Source: a virus
Taxonomy: Duplodnaviria; Heunggongvirae; Uroviricota; Caudoviricetes
Length of the DNA: 40,060 nt
Reading direction: 5' to 3' (one strand)
IMG/VR virus record: IMGVR_UViG_2563366805_000009
Both the position numbers and the translations under genes were made by a program. A model generated the notes under the pieces. That model was given only the letters and a program-made list of their open reading frames with translations, did no database searches and had not been told where the DNA came from. This document shows positions 1 to 9,469 of this stretch, one piece after another. The first letter of the stretch is position 1; each line of letters starts with the position of its first letter.

Positions 1-1053
1 TTACGGGGTAATGCCAACCGCTGCCGCCACTTTGTCGCCACTTGGCAGCGTTGCCAGAGGATTGAAACGGAGCGCCGTTTCCAGATGATCTGGTGCCAGA
101 TGTGCGTAACGCATAGTCATTTTTATATCGTGGTGTCCGAGAATTTTTTGTAAGGCGAGAATGTTTCCACCCGACATCATGAAGTGCGCCGCAAACGTAT
201 GGCGCAGAACGTGTGTGAGTTGACCGCGAGGGAGCACGATAGACGTTTTTTCCATCACGGATAAAAATTGAAAATAGTAGTCTGTAAAGAAATTGAACCC
301 ATCAAGCGCCATGATCTCTTCGTAAAGCTCTTTACTGATAGGGATGCTTCTGTTTTTCTTCCCCTTCGTTCTGACAAAGGTAATTCGGTATTTGGTCACC
401 TGTGAGCGGGTAAGATTTACGGCTTCACGCCAGCGTGCGCCTGTGCTTAAGCATATCTTAACTACCAGTGCCAGAATTGGGTCCTGACGTTTGCAATCAG
501 CCAGCAATTCAACAATCTGCTCATGGGTAAGCCATGCCATCTCTTTTTCTGCGATGGTGAATTTTCGCATGTTCTCCAGTGGGTTCGGATACGACCACTC
601 GCCCAGACGGGATAGTTCGCTAAAAACACTACTTAGATAGCTTTGCTCCAGGTTAATGGTGACCGGGCTTGCTCCTTTCTTCCATTTCTCGCTGAAGTAG
701 ATCTCGCCTGTCAGGCGTTTATCTCGATAGTGGGCAAACATTTTAGAGGTGAGATCGGTTGCAAGAGGATTACCCAGAGCGTCAACCATCAACAGCAATT
801 TGTCATAGACATGCTGCCCAGCTGTCAGAGATTTACCATGTAGTTTGAACCATAGCTCAACTACGTCTTTCAGTGTTCGACGATCCACTGATTCACCCAG
901 CCAGGGCTTTGCTTCGGTTTCTTCCATCGTGTGGCGCTCAAAAGCCAGAGCTTCGCCTTTGGTGGCGAATTGTTTACGCACACGACGTCCACTACGTCCG
1001 GCGGGGTAACATTCGCAAAGCCATTTCCCTGTGGTGAGTTTTCGTACTGCCAT
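1..1053 (-). CDS. int: Tyrosine integrase, P2/186 type
   Basis: The ORF track gives 1..1209. The internal Met at 1053 (MAVRKLTTGKWLCECYPAGRSGRRVRKQFATKGEALAFE) matches the remembered N-terminus of P2-family integrases. The C-terminal part has the R..HxxR..Y catalytic pattern (LRHTFAAHF, MRYAHL). Confidence 0.9.
   Translation of the reverse strand: MAVRKLTTGKWLCECYPAGRSGRRVRKQFATKGEALAFERHTMEETEAKPWLGESVDRRTLKDVVELWFKLHGKSLTAGQHVYDKLLLMVDALGNPLATDLTSKMFAHYRDKRLTGEIYFSEKWKKGASPVTINLEQSYLSSVFSELSRLGEWSYPNPLENMRKFTIAEKEMAWLTHEQIVELLADCKRQDPILALVVKICLSTGARWREAVNLTRSQVTKYRITFVRTKGKKNRSIPISKELYEEIMALDGFNFFTDYYFQFLSVMEKTSIVLPRGQLTHVLRHTFAAHFMMSGGNILALQKILGHHDIKMTMRYAHLAPDHLETALRFNPLATLPSGDKVAAAVGITP
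19..40. repeat. Candidate attL core (CGCTGCCGCCACTTTGTCGCCA), inside the last codons of int
   Basis: 21/22 identical direct repeat of 37206..37227, which lies immediately after ogr. The two copies bracket exactly the phage-like gene set. Confidence 0.5.
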
Positions 1054-1241
1054 AAAAAATGCCCTCCAGTAGAGAGCATTTTTACTGTATGTATAACCAG
1101 TGTCAATGTATGAAATCCTACGACCATACATCTCACTGAAGCCATCATGAAGTTGGCTATTCTTTTTGCTATGTGAGCATGTAACTTTTGCGGTTAACCT
1201 GCGGCTCATTTTTATTTTAGACGCAGATATAAAAGCAAAAG

Positions 1242-1433
1242 TTATCGTGAGTTTTTAGTACAGATTTTTTTGGATTTACTAATAGTTCCATCATTGCAAA
1301 CGAATTTGCCATCTGAGGTACAGTGAGAAACACCTCCCTTTTTCCCTGAGCAGGGATAATTTCTAGCATAGGTAGTTAGTGGGTTTAATAACAAAGAACA
1401 TGACAAAACCACAAAAAATACCTTACCAAGCAT
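1242..1433 (-). CDS. Small secreted cysteine-rich protein (63 aa), probable moron
   Basis: Hydrophobic N-terminal signal-like segment ([23 protein letters not shown]). The short mature part has 5 Cys. AT-rich and located between int and cI. Confidence 0.5.
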   Translation of the reverse strand: MLGKVFFVVLSCSLLLNPLTTYARNYPCSGKKGGVSHCTSDGKFVCNDGTISKSKKICTKNSR

Positions 1434-1448
1434 AGTTTCCTCCCGGTA

Positions 1449-2105
1449 CTATTTAATATACTTGACTGTTAAACTTATAATTTTACCAATTATTTCAATG
1501 TCTTCTATCTTGCATTCGAAGGCTCTGTTTCCACCCTCGACGAAGATTCTTCCACCGGGTAAACGAGTAATGTCACGGATCGTTATTTCGCCATCAATAC
1601 TTATTACCCATTTACCATCACGTATATCATCAAATTCTTTATCACAAATAAATTCAGAATTGTTATCTGTGATGACAAAAGGTTTTTTAAACGTAGAGGG
1701 TAGAAATCCCTTATCAAAAATATAAAAACCGTCTTTCTGCAATGCTCCATCAGACAATAAATATTTTTCTACTTCTATAGTATTTGTATTTGCTGATGCT
1801 TGCTTTGAACCATGCCCTGTTGTTAGCCAATTAAGCGAGGTGCCCGTTTCAAGGGCGCACTGGATTACCCAATCTGCTGGAAAAATATCACGCATATAGC
1901 GCGTTGCCATGGTGCTCTTAGAAACACCTAAATGATCACAGAGAGCCTGACGGGTACCGAACCCATATGCTTCAACTAAACGTTCTATGGCTTTCTTACC
2001 GCCGCTATTGAAATCCACAAGTCCTCCAAAGAAATCCAAAATTCGTTGACAGATTCCAAAAGCGATCTTAAAGTTGAACCAGAAGTGTTCTTTTGGAGCC
2101 TTCAC
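1449..2105 (-). CDS. cI: CI-type immunity repressor (phage 186 CI family)
   Basis: The segment IERLVEAYGFGTRQALCDHLGVSKSTMATRYMRD..CALETGTSLNWLTTG resembles the 186 CI N-terminal HTH domain. It is divergent from the early lytic operon. The true start is uncertain: GTG at 2105 is the ORF limit and an internal start is possible. Confidence 0.75.
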   Translation of the reverse strand: MKAPKEHFWFNFKIAFGICQRILDFFGGLVDFNSGGKKAIERLVEAYGFGTRQALCDHLGVSKSTMATRYMRDIFPADWVIQCALETGTSLNWLTTGHGSKQASANTNTIEVEKYLLSDGALQKDGFYIFDKGFLPSTFKKPFVITDNNSEFICDKEFDDIRDGKWVISIDGEITIRDITRLPGGRIFVEGGNRAFECKIEDIEIIGKIISLTVKYIK

Positions 2106-2163
2106 TACTAATCACGACAAACAACGGCTCGCCACAAGCCATACCTAGAAGGAATGTTGCCTT

Positions 2164-2367
2164 ATGACACCTAACATTTCAATTACTCTGAATACACCAC
2201 ATGTCACAATCGAACGTTATAGCGAACTGACTGGCCTTTCTATTGATACGATTAACGACATGTTGGCTGATGGCCGACTACCTCGTCATCGTCTTCGTAA
2301 AGACAAAAAACGTGAAAAGGTAATGATTAACCTGGCTGCTCTGACTGTTGATGCTTTGTCTGCTTAA
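2164..2367 (+). CDS. Cox/Apl-like small HTH regulator/excisionase
   Basis: 67-aa basic protein with an HTH-like segment ([25 protein letters not shown]). It is the first gene of the rightward early operon, opposite cI, as in P2 cox and 186 apl. Confidence 0.6.
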   Translation: MTPNISITLNTPHVTIERYSELTGLSIDTINDMLADGRLPRHRLRKDKKREKVMINLAALTVDALSA

Positions 2368-2431
2368 TAGACGTCTATTTTCGCAATAAGACGCTGAGTT
2401 CGATTTTGCGATAAGTTCGGAGTTGAAAACC

Positions 2432-2941
2432 ATGTTTGATTACCAAGTTTCCAAACATCCACATTTTGATGAAGCCTGTCGTGCATTCGCACTGCGCCAC
2501 AATCTGGTGCAACTGGCAGAACGTGCGGGCATGAATGTGCAGATTCTGCGGAACAAGCTGAACCCAGCTCAGCCTCATTTATTAACCGCACCAGAAATCT
2601 GGCTGCTTACCGATCTGACTGAAGATTCAACGCTGGTAGATGGTTTTCTGGCACAGATTCATTGTCTGCCATGTGTACCGATTAATGAGGTGGCAAAAGA
2701 GAAACTGCCACATTACGTCATGAGTGCAACCGCAGAGATCGGGCGTGTTGCTGCAGGTGCGGTATCTGGCGATGTAAAAACCAGTGCAGGTCGTCGTGAT
2801 GCTATCAGCAGCATTAACTCTGTAACACGACTGATGGCGTTGGCTGCTGTTTCATTGCAGGCCCGTTTACAGGCTAACCCTGCGATGGCGAGTGCAGTTG
2901 ATACCGTGACTGGCCTCGGTGCTTCATTCGGTTTGCTGTGA
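2432..2941 (+). CDS. cII: CII lysogeny-establishment activator (phage 186 CII family)
   Basis: [64 protein letters not shown] closely matches remembered 186 CII. ATG at 2432 follows GGAG and gives 169 aa. Confidence 0.8.
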   Translation: MFDYQVSKHPHFDEACRAFALRHNLVQLAERAGMNVQILRNKLNPAQPHLLTAPEIWLLTDLTEDSTLVDGFLAQIHCLPCVPINEVAKEKLPHYVMSATAEIGRVAAGAVSGDVKTSAGRRDAISSINSVTRLMALAAVSLQARLQANPAMASAVDTVTGLGASFGLL

Positions 2942-2948
2942 GGTGCTT

Positions 2949-3245
2949 ATGCTGACGAAAGAACCATCATTTGCATCGCTGCTGGTAAAACAAAGCCCGG
3001 CAATGCACTACGGTCACGGCTGGATCACGGGTGAGGATGGAAAACGCTGGCATCCATGTCATTCACAAGATGAATTGCTGTCTGAATTGACCACGAGGAA
3101 ACGGAGAAAGTCCAAATGTATGCGGCAGAAAGTGAAGTGGTTTATCAGTTTCGTTACAGAGGGGAGAGTTATTCAGTACCTGAAGATGATTTGCTCTGTT
3201 GCTATCCGTCATTGTCGGGCGATGGCAGTTACTTTTTCGCGTTAA
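2949..3245 (+). CDS. Fil-like early protein
   Basis: MLTKEPSFASLLVKQSPAMHYGHGWI..GKRWHPC resembles the phage filamentation (Fil) family of 186-like phages. GAGG lies upstream of ATG 2949. The 3' end overlaps the next gene by 130 nt. Confidence 0.55.
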   Translation: MLTKEPSFASLLVKQSPAMHYGHGWITGEDGKRWHPCHSQDELLSELTTRKRRKSKCMRQKVKWFISFVTEGRVIQYLKMICSVAIRHCRAMAVTFSR

Positions 3246-3340
3246 AGGATGGGACGTTTTTACGGGGAGAGCAGGTTAAAGAGACGATACGAAAAAATGT
3301 ATCTCCTCTTGAGCGTTACCGTAAGAACAAAGAACGATAG
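3116..3340 (+). CDS. Hypothetical early protein (74 aa)
   Basis: GGAGAAAG RBS precedes ATG 3116. Same-strand position in the early operon. Confidence 0.5.
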   Translation: MYAAESEVVYQFRYRGESYSVPEDDLLCCYPSLSGDGSYFFALKDGTFLRGEQVKETIRKNVSPLERYRKNKER

Positions 3341-3362
3341 CTGCGTTTGGGGGATATGAAGT

Positions 3363-3704
3363 ATGGCAATTAATGGCGCTGCAGCAACTGTTCCATTAAG
3401 CCCCGGTGAACGCCTGAATGGACTTAATCACATTGCGGAGTTAAGGGCGAAAGTTTTTGGCCTGAATATTGAGTCAGAGCTTGAGCGGTTTATTAAAGAT
3501 ATGCGTGATCCACGGGATATCAATAATGAACAAAATAAACGGGCACTGGCTGCCATATTCTTTATGGCAAAAATTCCAGCTGAACGTCATAGCATCAGCA
3601 TTAATGAGCTGACCACTGACGAAAAGCGGGAGCTGATTAAAGCAATGAATCATTTTCGTGCAGTGGTGAGCTTATTTCCCAGACGGCTAACCATGCCGAA
3701 TTAA
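3363..3704 (+). CDS. Hypothetical early protein (113 aa)
   Basis: ORF with an upstream G-rich RBS, located in the early operon. Confidence 0.6.
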   Translation: MAINGAAATVPLSPGERLNGLNHIAELRAKVFGLNIESELERFIKDMRDPRDINNEQNKRALAAIFFMAKIPAERHSISINELTTDEKRELIKAMNHFRAVVSLFPRRLTMPN

Positions 3705-3771
3705 CCAACTAATGAAATTAATGGCGTAAACCCGCCGGGCATCCCTTTATCTAAATTCAGGAGAATTGATT

Positions 3772-4005
3772 ATGCGTAATATTGAAACCCTCACGACTAA
3801 AACCGGACCGGATGACGCAGGGCTTAATATTTTACTGACAGAGGCTCGTCTGGAAGAACGCCGGGCAAGGGCTGAAGCAATGGCAGCTCGCCTTGATAGC
3901 CTGGCGTGTCATATCTCATCCCGTCAGCTAAACCACGTGGAAGCGGCAGAACTGCTGCGTGTGACTGCTGAAGCAATCCAGAACGAAGCGCAGGAGATCC
4001 ACTAA
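3772..4005 (+). CDS. Hypothetical small helical early protein (77 aa)
   Basis: AGGAGA RBS lies 7 nt before ATG 3772. Its stop overlaps the next start (ATG 4005). Confidence 0.6.
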   Translation: MRNIETLTTKTGPDDAGLNILLTEARLEERRARAEAMAARLDSLACHISSRQLNHVEAAELLRVTAEAIQNEAQEIH

Positions 4006-4232
4006 TGGCTGATGCAATGGATCTCGTACAGCAGCGCGTTGAAGAAGAACGCCAGCGCCATATCCGTGCTGCCCGTGCCAAAACGCCGGGCGTGTCCCGC
4101 GTGCTTTGCGTTGAGTGTGAAGCGCCAATTCCGCCAGCACGCCGCCGTGCCATTCCGGGTGTGCAGCTTTGCATTACCTGTCAGGAAATCGCAGAGCTGA
4201 AAGGCAAACATTACAACGGGGGGGCTGTATGA
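4005..4232 (+). CDS. TraR/DksA-family C4 zinc-finger protein
   Basis: CVECEAPIP...CITCQ four-Cys motif in a 75-aa protein, as in P2 orf82-type proteins. Confidence 0.8.
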   Translation: MADAMDLVQQRVEEERQRHIRAARAKTPGVSRVLCVECEAPIPPARRRAIPGVQLCITCQEIAELKGKHYNGGAV

Positions 4233-5086
4233 GCACCATCCTGAAATGGGCGGGAAATAAAACCGCCGTAATGTCCGAACTGAAAAAACATCTTCCTGCT
4301 GGTCCGCGACTAGTTGAACCTTTCGCGGGTTCCTGTGCTGTGATGATGGAGACGGATTATCCCTGCTATCTGGTTGCGGATATTAATCCTGATTTAATCA
4401 ACCTCTATAAAAAGGTTGCCGCTGATTGTGAATCGTTTATATCTCGCGCCAAAGTTTTATTTGAGATCGCAAACAGGGAGGTGGCTTATTACAACATAAG
4501 GCAGGAGTTTAATTACTCAACTGAAATTACTGATTTCATGAAAGCGGTATATTTCCTGTATCTCAATCGTCACGGTTACCGTGGGTTATGTCGCTATAAC
4601 AAGAGCGGGCATTTCAACATTCCCTACGGTAATTATAAAAATCCGTATTTCCCTGAAAAAGAAATTCGCGCTTTTGCAGAAAAAGCCCAGCGAGCAACGT
4701 TTATCTGCGCCAGCTTTGATGAAACGCTGGCGATGTTGAAGGCGGGGGATGTGGTGTATTGCGATCCGCCTTATGACGGTACGTTTTCCGGCTATCACGC
4801 TGACGGCTTTACTGAAGATGACCAGTATCACCTGGCATCCGTTCTTGAACATCGGTCATCAGAAGGACATCCGGTCATTGTTTCTAACAGTGACACATCC
4901 CTGATCCGTTCGCTGTATCGCAATTTTACTCACCACTATATCAAGGTAAAACGCAGCATCGGCGTAGCAGCTGGTGAGAGTAAATCAGCAACAGAAATCA
5001 TTGCTGTTTCCGGGCCGCGCTGCTGGGTGGGATTTGATTATTCGCGTGGCGTGGATAGTTCTGCCGTGTACGGAGTACGTGCATGA
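4229..5086 (+). CDS. dam: DNA adenine methyltransferase (Dam-like, orphan)
   Basis: N-terminal LKWAGNK, FAGS (SAM-binding) and DPPY catalytic motifs. ATGA start/stop coupling with the upstream gene. No adjacent restriction gene. Confidence 0.9.
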   Translation: MSTILKWAGNKTAVMSELKKHLPAGPRLVEPFAGSCAVMMETDYPCYLVADINPDLINLYKKVAADCESFISRAKVLFEIANREVAYYNIRQEFNYSTEITDFMKAVYFLYLNRHGYRGLCRYNKSGHFNIPYGNYKNPYFPEKEIRAFAEKAQRATFICASFDETLAMLKAGDVVYCDPPYDGTFSGYHADGFTEDDQYHLASVLEHRSSEGHPVIVSNSDTSLIRSLYRNFTHHYIKVKRSIGVAAGESKSATEIIAVSGPRCWVGFDYSRGVDSSAVYGVRA

Positions 5087-7497
5087 GCCATGCCGATATG
5101 AGCAACTGCTGCGGCTTTAACGAGGCTGCCGCATCGTTCTCATGGAACAGCCCGAAAAAGGCCATTAACCCTTATCTGGACCCGGCGGAAGTTGCGCCGG
5201 TTTCTGCGCTTTCAAACCTGATCACTCTGTACGCTGCCGATAACGAGCAGGAACAACTGCGCCGCGAGGCACTGAGTGATCAGGTCTGGGAGCGTTATTT
5301 CTTTAATGAATCCCGTGATCCTGTCCAACGCGAAATAGAGCAGGATAAGCTCATTAGCCGGGCAAAGTTGGCGCATGAGCAGCAGCGTTTTAACCCGGAC
5401 ATGGTCATTCTGGCAGACGTCAGCGCCCAGCCCTCCCATATCAGCAAGCCGCTGATGCAACGTATTGAATACTTCAGCAGCTTGGGCAGGCCAAAGGCTT
5501 ATTCCCGCTATTTACGTGAGACGATTAAGCCATGTCTGGAACGACTGGAGCATGTACGCGACAGCCAGCTATCTGCATCTTTTCGTTTTATGGCAAGCCA
5601 TGTAGGGCTGGACGGCCTGCTGATTCTGCCTGAAATGAGTCAGGATCAGGTGAAACGCCTGTCTACCCTTGTCGCTGCGCATATGAGCATGTGCCTTGAT
5701 GCAGCTTGTGGTGATTTGTATGCCACCGATGACGTTAAGCCAGAAGAAATCCGCAAGACATGGGAAAAGGTGGCAGCGGAAACCCTGCGTCTGGATGTCA
5801 TCCCGCCTGCGTTTGAGCAACTCCGTCGGAAAAGAAACCGCCGTAAACCCGTGCCCTATGAACTCATTCCGGGTTCGCTGGCGCGTATGTTGTGCGCCGA
5901 CTGGTGGTACCGGAAATTATGGAAAATGCGTTGCGAATGGCGGGAAGAGCAGTTGCGTGCTGTCTGCCTGGTCAGCAAAAAAGCATCTCCCTATGTCAGC
6001 TATGAAGCCGTGATGCATAAACGTGAGCAGCGCCGCAAGTCACTGGAGTTTTTCCGTTCTCATGAACTGGTGAACGAAGAGGGCGACACGCTGGATATGG
6101 AAGACGTGGTAAACGCCAGCAGCAGCAACCCGGCGCACCGCCGCAATGAGATGATGGCCTGTGTTAAAGGTCTGGAGCTTATCGCGGAAATGCGCGGTGA
6201 CTGCGCCGTTTTCTACACCATTACCTGTCCGTCACGTTTCCATTCCACGCTCAATAACGGCAGACCAAACCCAACCTGGACAAATGCGACGGTAAGACAA
6301 AGCAGCGATTATCTGGTCGGCATGTTTGCTGCATTTCGTAAGGCGATGCACAAAGCCGGGTTGCGCTGGTATGGCGTGCGGGTGGCTGAGCCGCATCATG
6401 ACGGTACAGTTCACTGGCACCTGTTGTGTTTCATGCGCAAAAAAGACCGCCGCGCCATTACTGCATTGTTGCGTAAGTTTGCCATCCGTGAAGACCGCGA
6501 GGAACTGGGTAATAACACTGGTCCACGCTTTAAATCTGAGCTGATAAACCCGCGCAAAGGAACGCCGACAAGCTACATCGCGAAATACATCAGTAAGAAC
6601 ATTGACGGGCGTGGTCTGGCTGGCGAGATCAGCAAGGAAACGGGTAAATCCCTGCGTGATAACGCTGAATACGTTAATGCCTGGGCGTCTCTGCATCGTG
6701 TTCAGCAATTCCGCTTCTTTGGTATTCCGGGACGTCAGGCTTACCGTGAACTTCGCTTGCTGGCTGGTCAGGCGGCAAGGCAACAGGGTGACAAAAAAGC
6801 AGGTGCGCCGGTACTGGATAACCCGCGTCTTGATGCCATTCTGGCTGCTGCTGATGCTGGTTGTTTTGCCACCTACATCATGAAGCAGGGCGGCGTACTG
6901 GTTCCCCGCAAATATCACCTCATCAGAACCGCTTATGAAATCAACGAAGAGCCAACCGCCTATGGCGATCACGGTATTCGTATTTATGGCATCTGGTCAC
7001 CCATTGCAGAGGGCAAGATCTGCACTCATGCAGTGAAGTGGAAAATGGTTCGTAAGGCCGTTGACGTTCAGGAGGCGGCAGCCGACCAGGGCGCTTGCGC
7101 CCCTTGGACTCGTGGCAATAACTGTCCCCTTGCTGAAAATTTGAACCAACATGAGAAAGATGAATCAGCAGATGGGGATACCAGAACGGACATTACCTGC
7201 ATGGATGACAAGGAATTGCACGATTACCTGCACAGTATGAGCAAAAAAGAGCGCCGGGAACTGGCAGCAAGATTGCGCCTGGTTAAACCGAAACGGCGTA
7301 AAGACTACAAACAGCGAATTACAGAGTATCAGCGTCAGCAGCTCGTCTATGAACTGAAGTCCAGAGGATTTGATGGCAGCGAGAAAGAGGTCGATTTGCT
7401 CCTTTGCGGTGGCAGTATTCCGTCAGGAGCAGGCCTGCGTATCTTCTATCGGAACCAGCGTTTGCAGGAAGATGATAAGTGGCGGAACATGTATTAA
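5083..7497 (+). CDS. A: Replication initiation endonuclease gpA
   Basis: 804 aa with the HUH-type motif [13 protein letters not shown] and the catalytic Tyr motif [10 protein letters not shown], typical of P2/186 A proteins. Confidence 0.9.
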   Translation: MSHADMSNCCGFNEAAASFSWNSPKKAINPYLDPAEVAPVSALSNLITLYAADNEQEQLRREALSDQVWERYFFNESRDPVQREIEQDKLISRAKLAHEQQRFNPDMVILADVSAQPSHISKPLMQRIEYFSSLGRPKAYSRYLRETIKPCLERLEHVRDSQLSASFRFMASHVGLDGLLILPEMSQDQVKRLSTLVAAHMSMCLDAACGDLYATDDVKPEEIRKTWEKVAAETLRLDVIPPAFEQLRRKRNRRKPVPYELIPGSLARMLCADWWYRKLWKMRCEWREEQLRAVCLVSKKASPYVSYEAVMHKREQRRKSLEFFRSHELVNEEGDTLDMEDVVNASSSNPAHRRNEMMACVKGLELIAEMRGDCAVFYTITCPSRFHSTLNNGRPNPTWTNATVRQSSDYLVGMFAAFRKAMHKAGLRWYGVRVAEPHHDGTVHWHLLCFMRKKDRRAITALLRKFAIREDREELGNNTGPRFKSELINPRKGTPTSYIAKYISKNIDGRGLAGEISKETGKSLRDNAEYVNAWASLHRVQQFRFFGIPGRQAYRELRLLAGQAARQQGDKKAGAPVLDNPRLDAILAAADAGCFATYIMKQGGVLVPRKYHLIRTAYEINEEPTAYGDHGIRIYGIWSPIAEGKICTHAVKWKMVRKAVDVQEAAADQGACAPWTRGNNCPLAENLNQHEKDESADGDTRTDITCMDDKELHDYLHSMSKKERRELAARLRLVKPKRRKDYKQRITEYQRQQLVYELKSRGFDGSEKEVDLLLCGGSIPSGAGLRIFYRNQRLQEDDKWRNMY

Positions 7498-7589
7498 TCA
7501 CGCGGGTTAACAATTCGTGCTCTTAATAATACCAGGCATATCAGGCTGATGAACGTAAAAAAACGTTTTACATCAGTAAGATTATTATA

Positions 7590-7609
7590 TACTGTAAATA
7601 TAAACAGTG
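7590..7609. promoter_or_regulatory. LexA (SOS) box
   Basis: TACTGTAAATATAAACAGTG fits the consensus TACTG(TA)5CAGTA (CTGT-N8-ACAG). It lies 42 nt upstream of the AGGAGG-ATG at 7641-7651. Confidence 0.6.
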
Positions 7610-7749
7610 GTTATATGTACAGTATTGCGTATGGTGTTATAGGAGGAAAGATGCAGGACTATTTTTTGGAGTCTTTGAAGCTCCAGCGCATTGATTTTTT
7701 TCTTAAGCTTGTAGCGGCTAGTGAGTGTAGTGATGAAGAGAAGGGGCTA

Positions 7750-8902
7750 AATAGCTGCGCGGAATAGTAGATCACTGAAAGGGAACTCAGCCCGGATTGT
7801 GCGATCTGATCAATCGCCAAACCAACCAAAATCACCAACCGGACTGAGCGATGCCGATCATAGTACCAATACCCCGTGGCGAACGACGCCTGATGCAGAA
7901 AGCTATTCATAAAACGCGTGATAAAAATCATGCCCGCAGACTCACGGCCATGCTGATGCTTCATCGGGGTGAACGGGTCAGCGATGTTGCCAGAACTCTC
8001 TGTTGTGCCCGTTCATCCGTTGGTCGCTGGATTAACTGGTTTACGCACTCAGGTATTGAAGGCCTGAAATCCTTACCCGCAGGGCGCTCCCGACGCTGGC
8101 CTTTTGAACATATCTGCACCCTGTTACGTGAGCTGATAAAGCATTCTCCCGGCGATTTTGGTTATCAACGTTCACGCTGGAGCACCGAATTACTGGCAAT
8201 AAAAATCAATGAGATAACCGGTTGCCAGTTACATGCAGGAACCGTTCGCCGCTGGTTGCCATCTGCGGGGCTTGTATGGCGCAGGGCCGCGCCAACTCTG
8301 CGTATCCGTGACCCACATAAAGATGAAAAGATGGCGGTAATCCACAAAGCGCTGGATGAATGCAGCGCAGAGCATCCGGTATTTTATGAAGATGAAGTGG
8401 ATATCCACCTTAATCCTAAAATCGGTGCGGACTGGCAGTTGCGCGGACAGCAGAAACGGGTAGTGACGCCGGGGCAGAACGAAAAATACTATCTGGCCGG
8501 CGCACTGCACAGTGGCACGGGTAAAGTCAGCTACGTGGGCGGCAACAGCAAAAGTTCAGCGCTGTTTATCGCTCTGCTGAAGCACCTGAAAGCCACTTAC
8601 CGGCGGGCGAAAACAATCACGCTGATCGTTGATAACTACATTATCCATAAAAGCCGCGAAACACAGCGCTGGTTGAAAGCAAATCCCAAGTTCAGGGTAA
8701 TTTACCAGCCGGTTTACTCGCCGTGGGTGAATCATGTGGAACGGCTATGGCAGGCACTTCATGACACGATAACCCGTAATCATCAGTGCCGCTCAATGTG
8801 GCAGTTACTGAAAAAGGTCCGCCATTTTATGGAAACCGCCAGCCCATTCCCCGGAGGAAAACATGGTCAGGCAAAAGTGTAGCGGTATTAGGCGCAGCTA
8901 TT
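7750..8902 (+). mobile_element. IS630 (1153 bp, intact)
   Basis: Terminal inverted repeats: AATAGCTGCGCGGAATA at the left end, and the reverse complement AATAGCTGCGCCTAATA at the right end. TA duplication (7748-49 and 8903-04) within a CTAG target. The length equals the 1153 bp I recall for IS630. Confidence 0.9.
7851..8882 (+). CDS. IS630-family (Tc1/mariner-like) DDE transposase, 343 aa
   Basis: Full-length ORF between the IRs. N-terminal HTH regions and a DDE-type C-terminal domain (YEDEVDIHLNP ... LIVDNYIIHKS ... PWVNHVERLW). Confidence 0.95.
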   Translation: MPIIVPIPRGERRLMQKAIHKTRDKNHARRLTAMLMLHRGERVSDVARTLCCARSSVGRWINWFTHSGIEGLKSLPAGRSRRWPFEHICTLLRELIKHSPGDFGYQRSRWSTELLAIKINEITGCQLHAGTVRRWLPSAGLVWRRAAPTLRIRDPHKDEKMAVIHKALDECSAEHPVFYEDEVDIHLNPKIGADWQLRGQQKRVVTPGQNEKYYLAGALHSGTGKVSYVGGNSKSSALFIALLKHLKATYRRAKTITLIVDNYIIHKSRETQRWLKANPKFRVIYQPVYSPWVNHVERLWQALHDTITRNHQCRSMWQLLKKVRHFMETASPFPGGKHGQAKV

Positions 8903-9027
8903 TAGCTCTGCAGTGGGTTTCTGAATTGACTGATGAGTTGATGGCGAAAATTCGAAGCCATGAATACAGTAGGTCGATGGATGTAATCAGTTGAGCTTGT
9001 TTCGTTAGGACTTGATAAGGGAACCGA

Positions 9028-9048
9028 AAAGGGGCATTAAGCCCCTTT
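9028..9048. terminator. Hairpin between convergent genes (AAAGGGGC-attaa-GCCCCTTT)
   Basis: 8-bp GC-rich stem. It lies downstream of both the restored small ORF (+) and the 99-aa lipoprotein gene (-). Confidence 0.5.
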
Positions 9049-9061
9049 CTCATAAGTTGAT

Positions 9062-9361
9062 TTAGTTGTTCCCCAAAGAGCCGGCCATGGCTGCATATTT
9101 AATTTCTTCGCTGGGTATTTCAGGATGTAGTTGAATTTGCCTGATGATATAGCCAGGAACTTCGTCACTCCACAGTTTCGCCGCGTCCTTACAGACCTTA
9201 TACGCGAAGTCTCTATTCTCAAAGGCATAGGATTTTCCGTATGCATATTGCTGACAGGCATGAACATAAGCTCCGAAGTCGCCGTCTTTATCTGGCAAAG
9301 CACATCCAGCTAAGGCTATGATGATTGCTACTAACGTAAAGGAGAAAGTTATACGTTTCAT
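9062..9361 (-). CDS. Lipoprotein, unknown function (99 aa)
   Basis: Signal peptide with lipobox LAGC (MKRITFSFTLVAIIIALAGC). Confidence 0.7.
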   Translation of the reverse strand: MKRITFSFTLVAIIIALAGCALPDKDGDFGAYVHACQQYAYGKSYAFENRDFAYKVCKDAAKLWSDEVPGYIIRQIQLHPEIPSEEIKYAAMAGSLGNN

Positions 9362-9469
9362 GGTCTCTTTCTAAGCGTTTAGCATTATTTAACTAAGGGG
9401 TATCTGCCGTGATTTGGTAGTCCCTGATATATATTCTCAGGGACTATGCTGAAGTAGCTTTAATTTTGA

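Larger units (their letters stand above)
7651..8994 (+). pseudogene. Small ORF (about 62 aa when restored) split by IS630, at the position of the 186 tum antirepressor
   Basis: AGGAGG RBS plus ATG 7651. The frame runs into the IS at 7749. Removing 7750..8904 (the IS plus one TA) restores the in-frame sequence MQDYFLESLKLQRIDFFLKLVAASECSDEEKGLALQWVSELTDELMAKIRSHEYSRSMDVIS, with its stop at 8992-8994 followed by a hairpin. Confidence 0.55.

Noticed and set aside
1054-1209. 52-codon N-terminal extension of the int ORF
   Set aside because: P2-family integrases begin at the MAVRKLTTGKW-type sequence. The extension has no RBS-like sequence upstream and is AT-rich intergenic-like DNA.
4229-5086. 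Dam methylase as part of a restriction-modification system
   Set aside because: No endonuclease-like gene is adjacent. Orphan Dam genes are common in the early operon of P2/186-like phages.
6232-6972. 246-aa ORF on the minus strand
   Set aside because: It is antisense inside replication gene A, with no independent support.
7610-7629. Possible second LexA box overlapping the first (reverse strand TACTGTACATATAACCACTG)
   Set aside because: Only the CTGT half matches. The distal half has CAC where the consensus has CAG, so it is probably not an independent operator.
7549-7650. Upstream extension of the small ORF (MNVKKRFTSVRLLYTVNINSGYMY...)
   Set aside because: It would run through the LexA box and promoter-like AT-rich DNA. 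The strong AGGAGG RBS supports the ATG at 7651 instead.
9418-9446. 10-bp-stem hairpin TAGTCCCTGA-N9-TCAGGGACTA between the two lipoprotein genes
   Set aside because: No U-tract follows on either strand, so it is not a convincing intrinsic terminator. It could be an operator or RNA element, but I cannot support a call.
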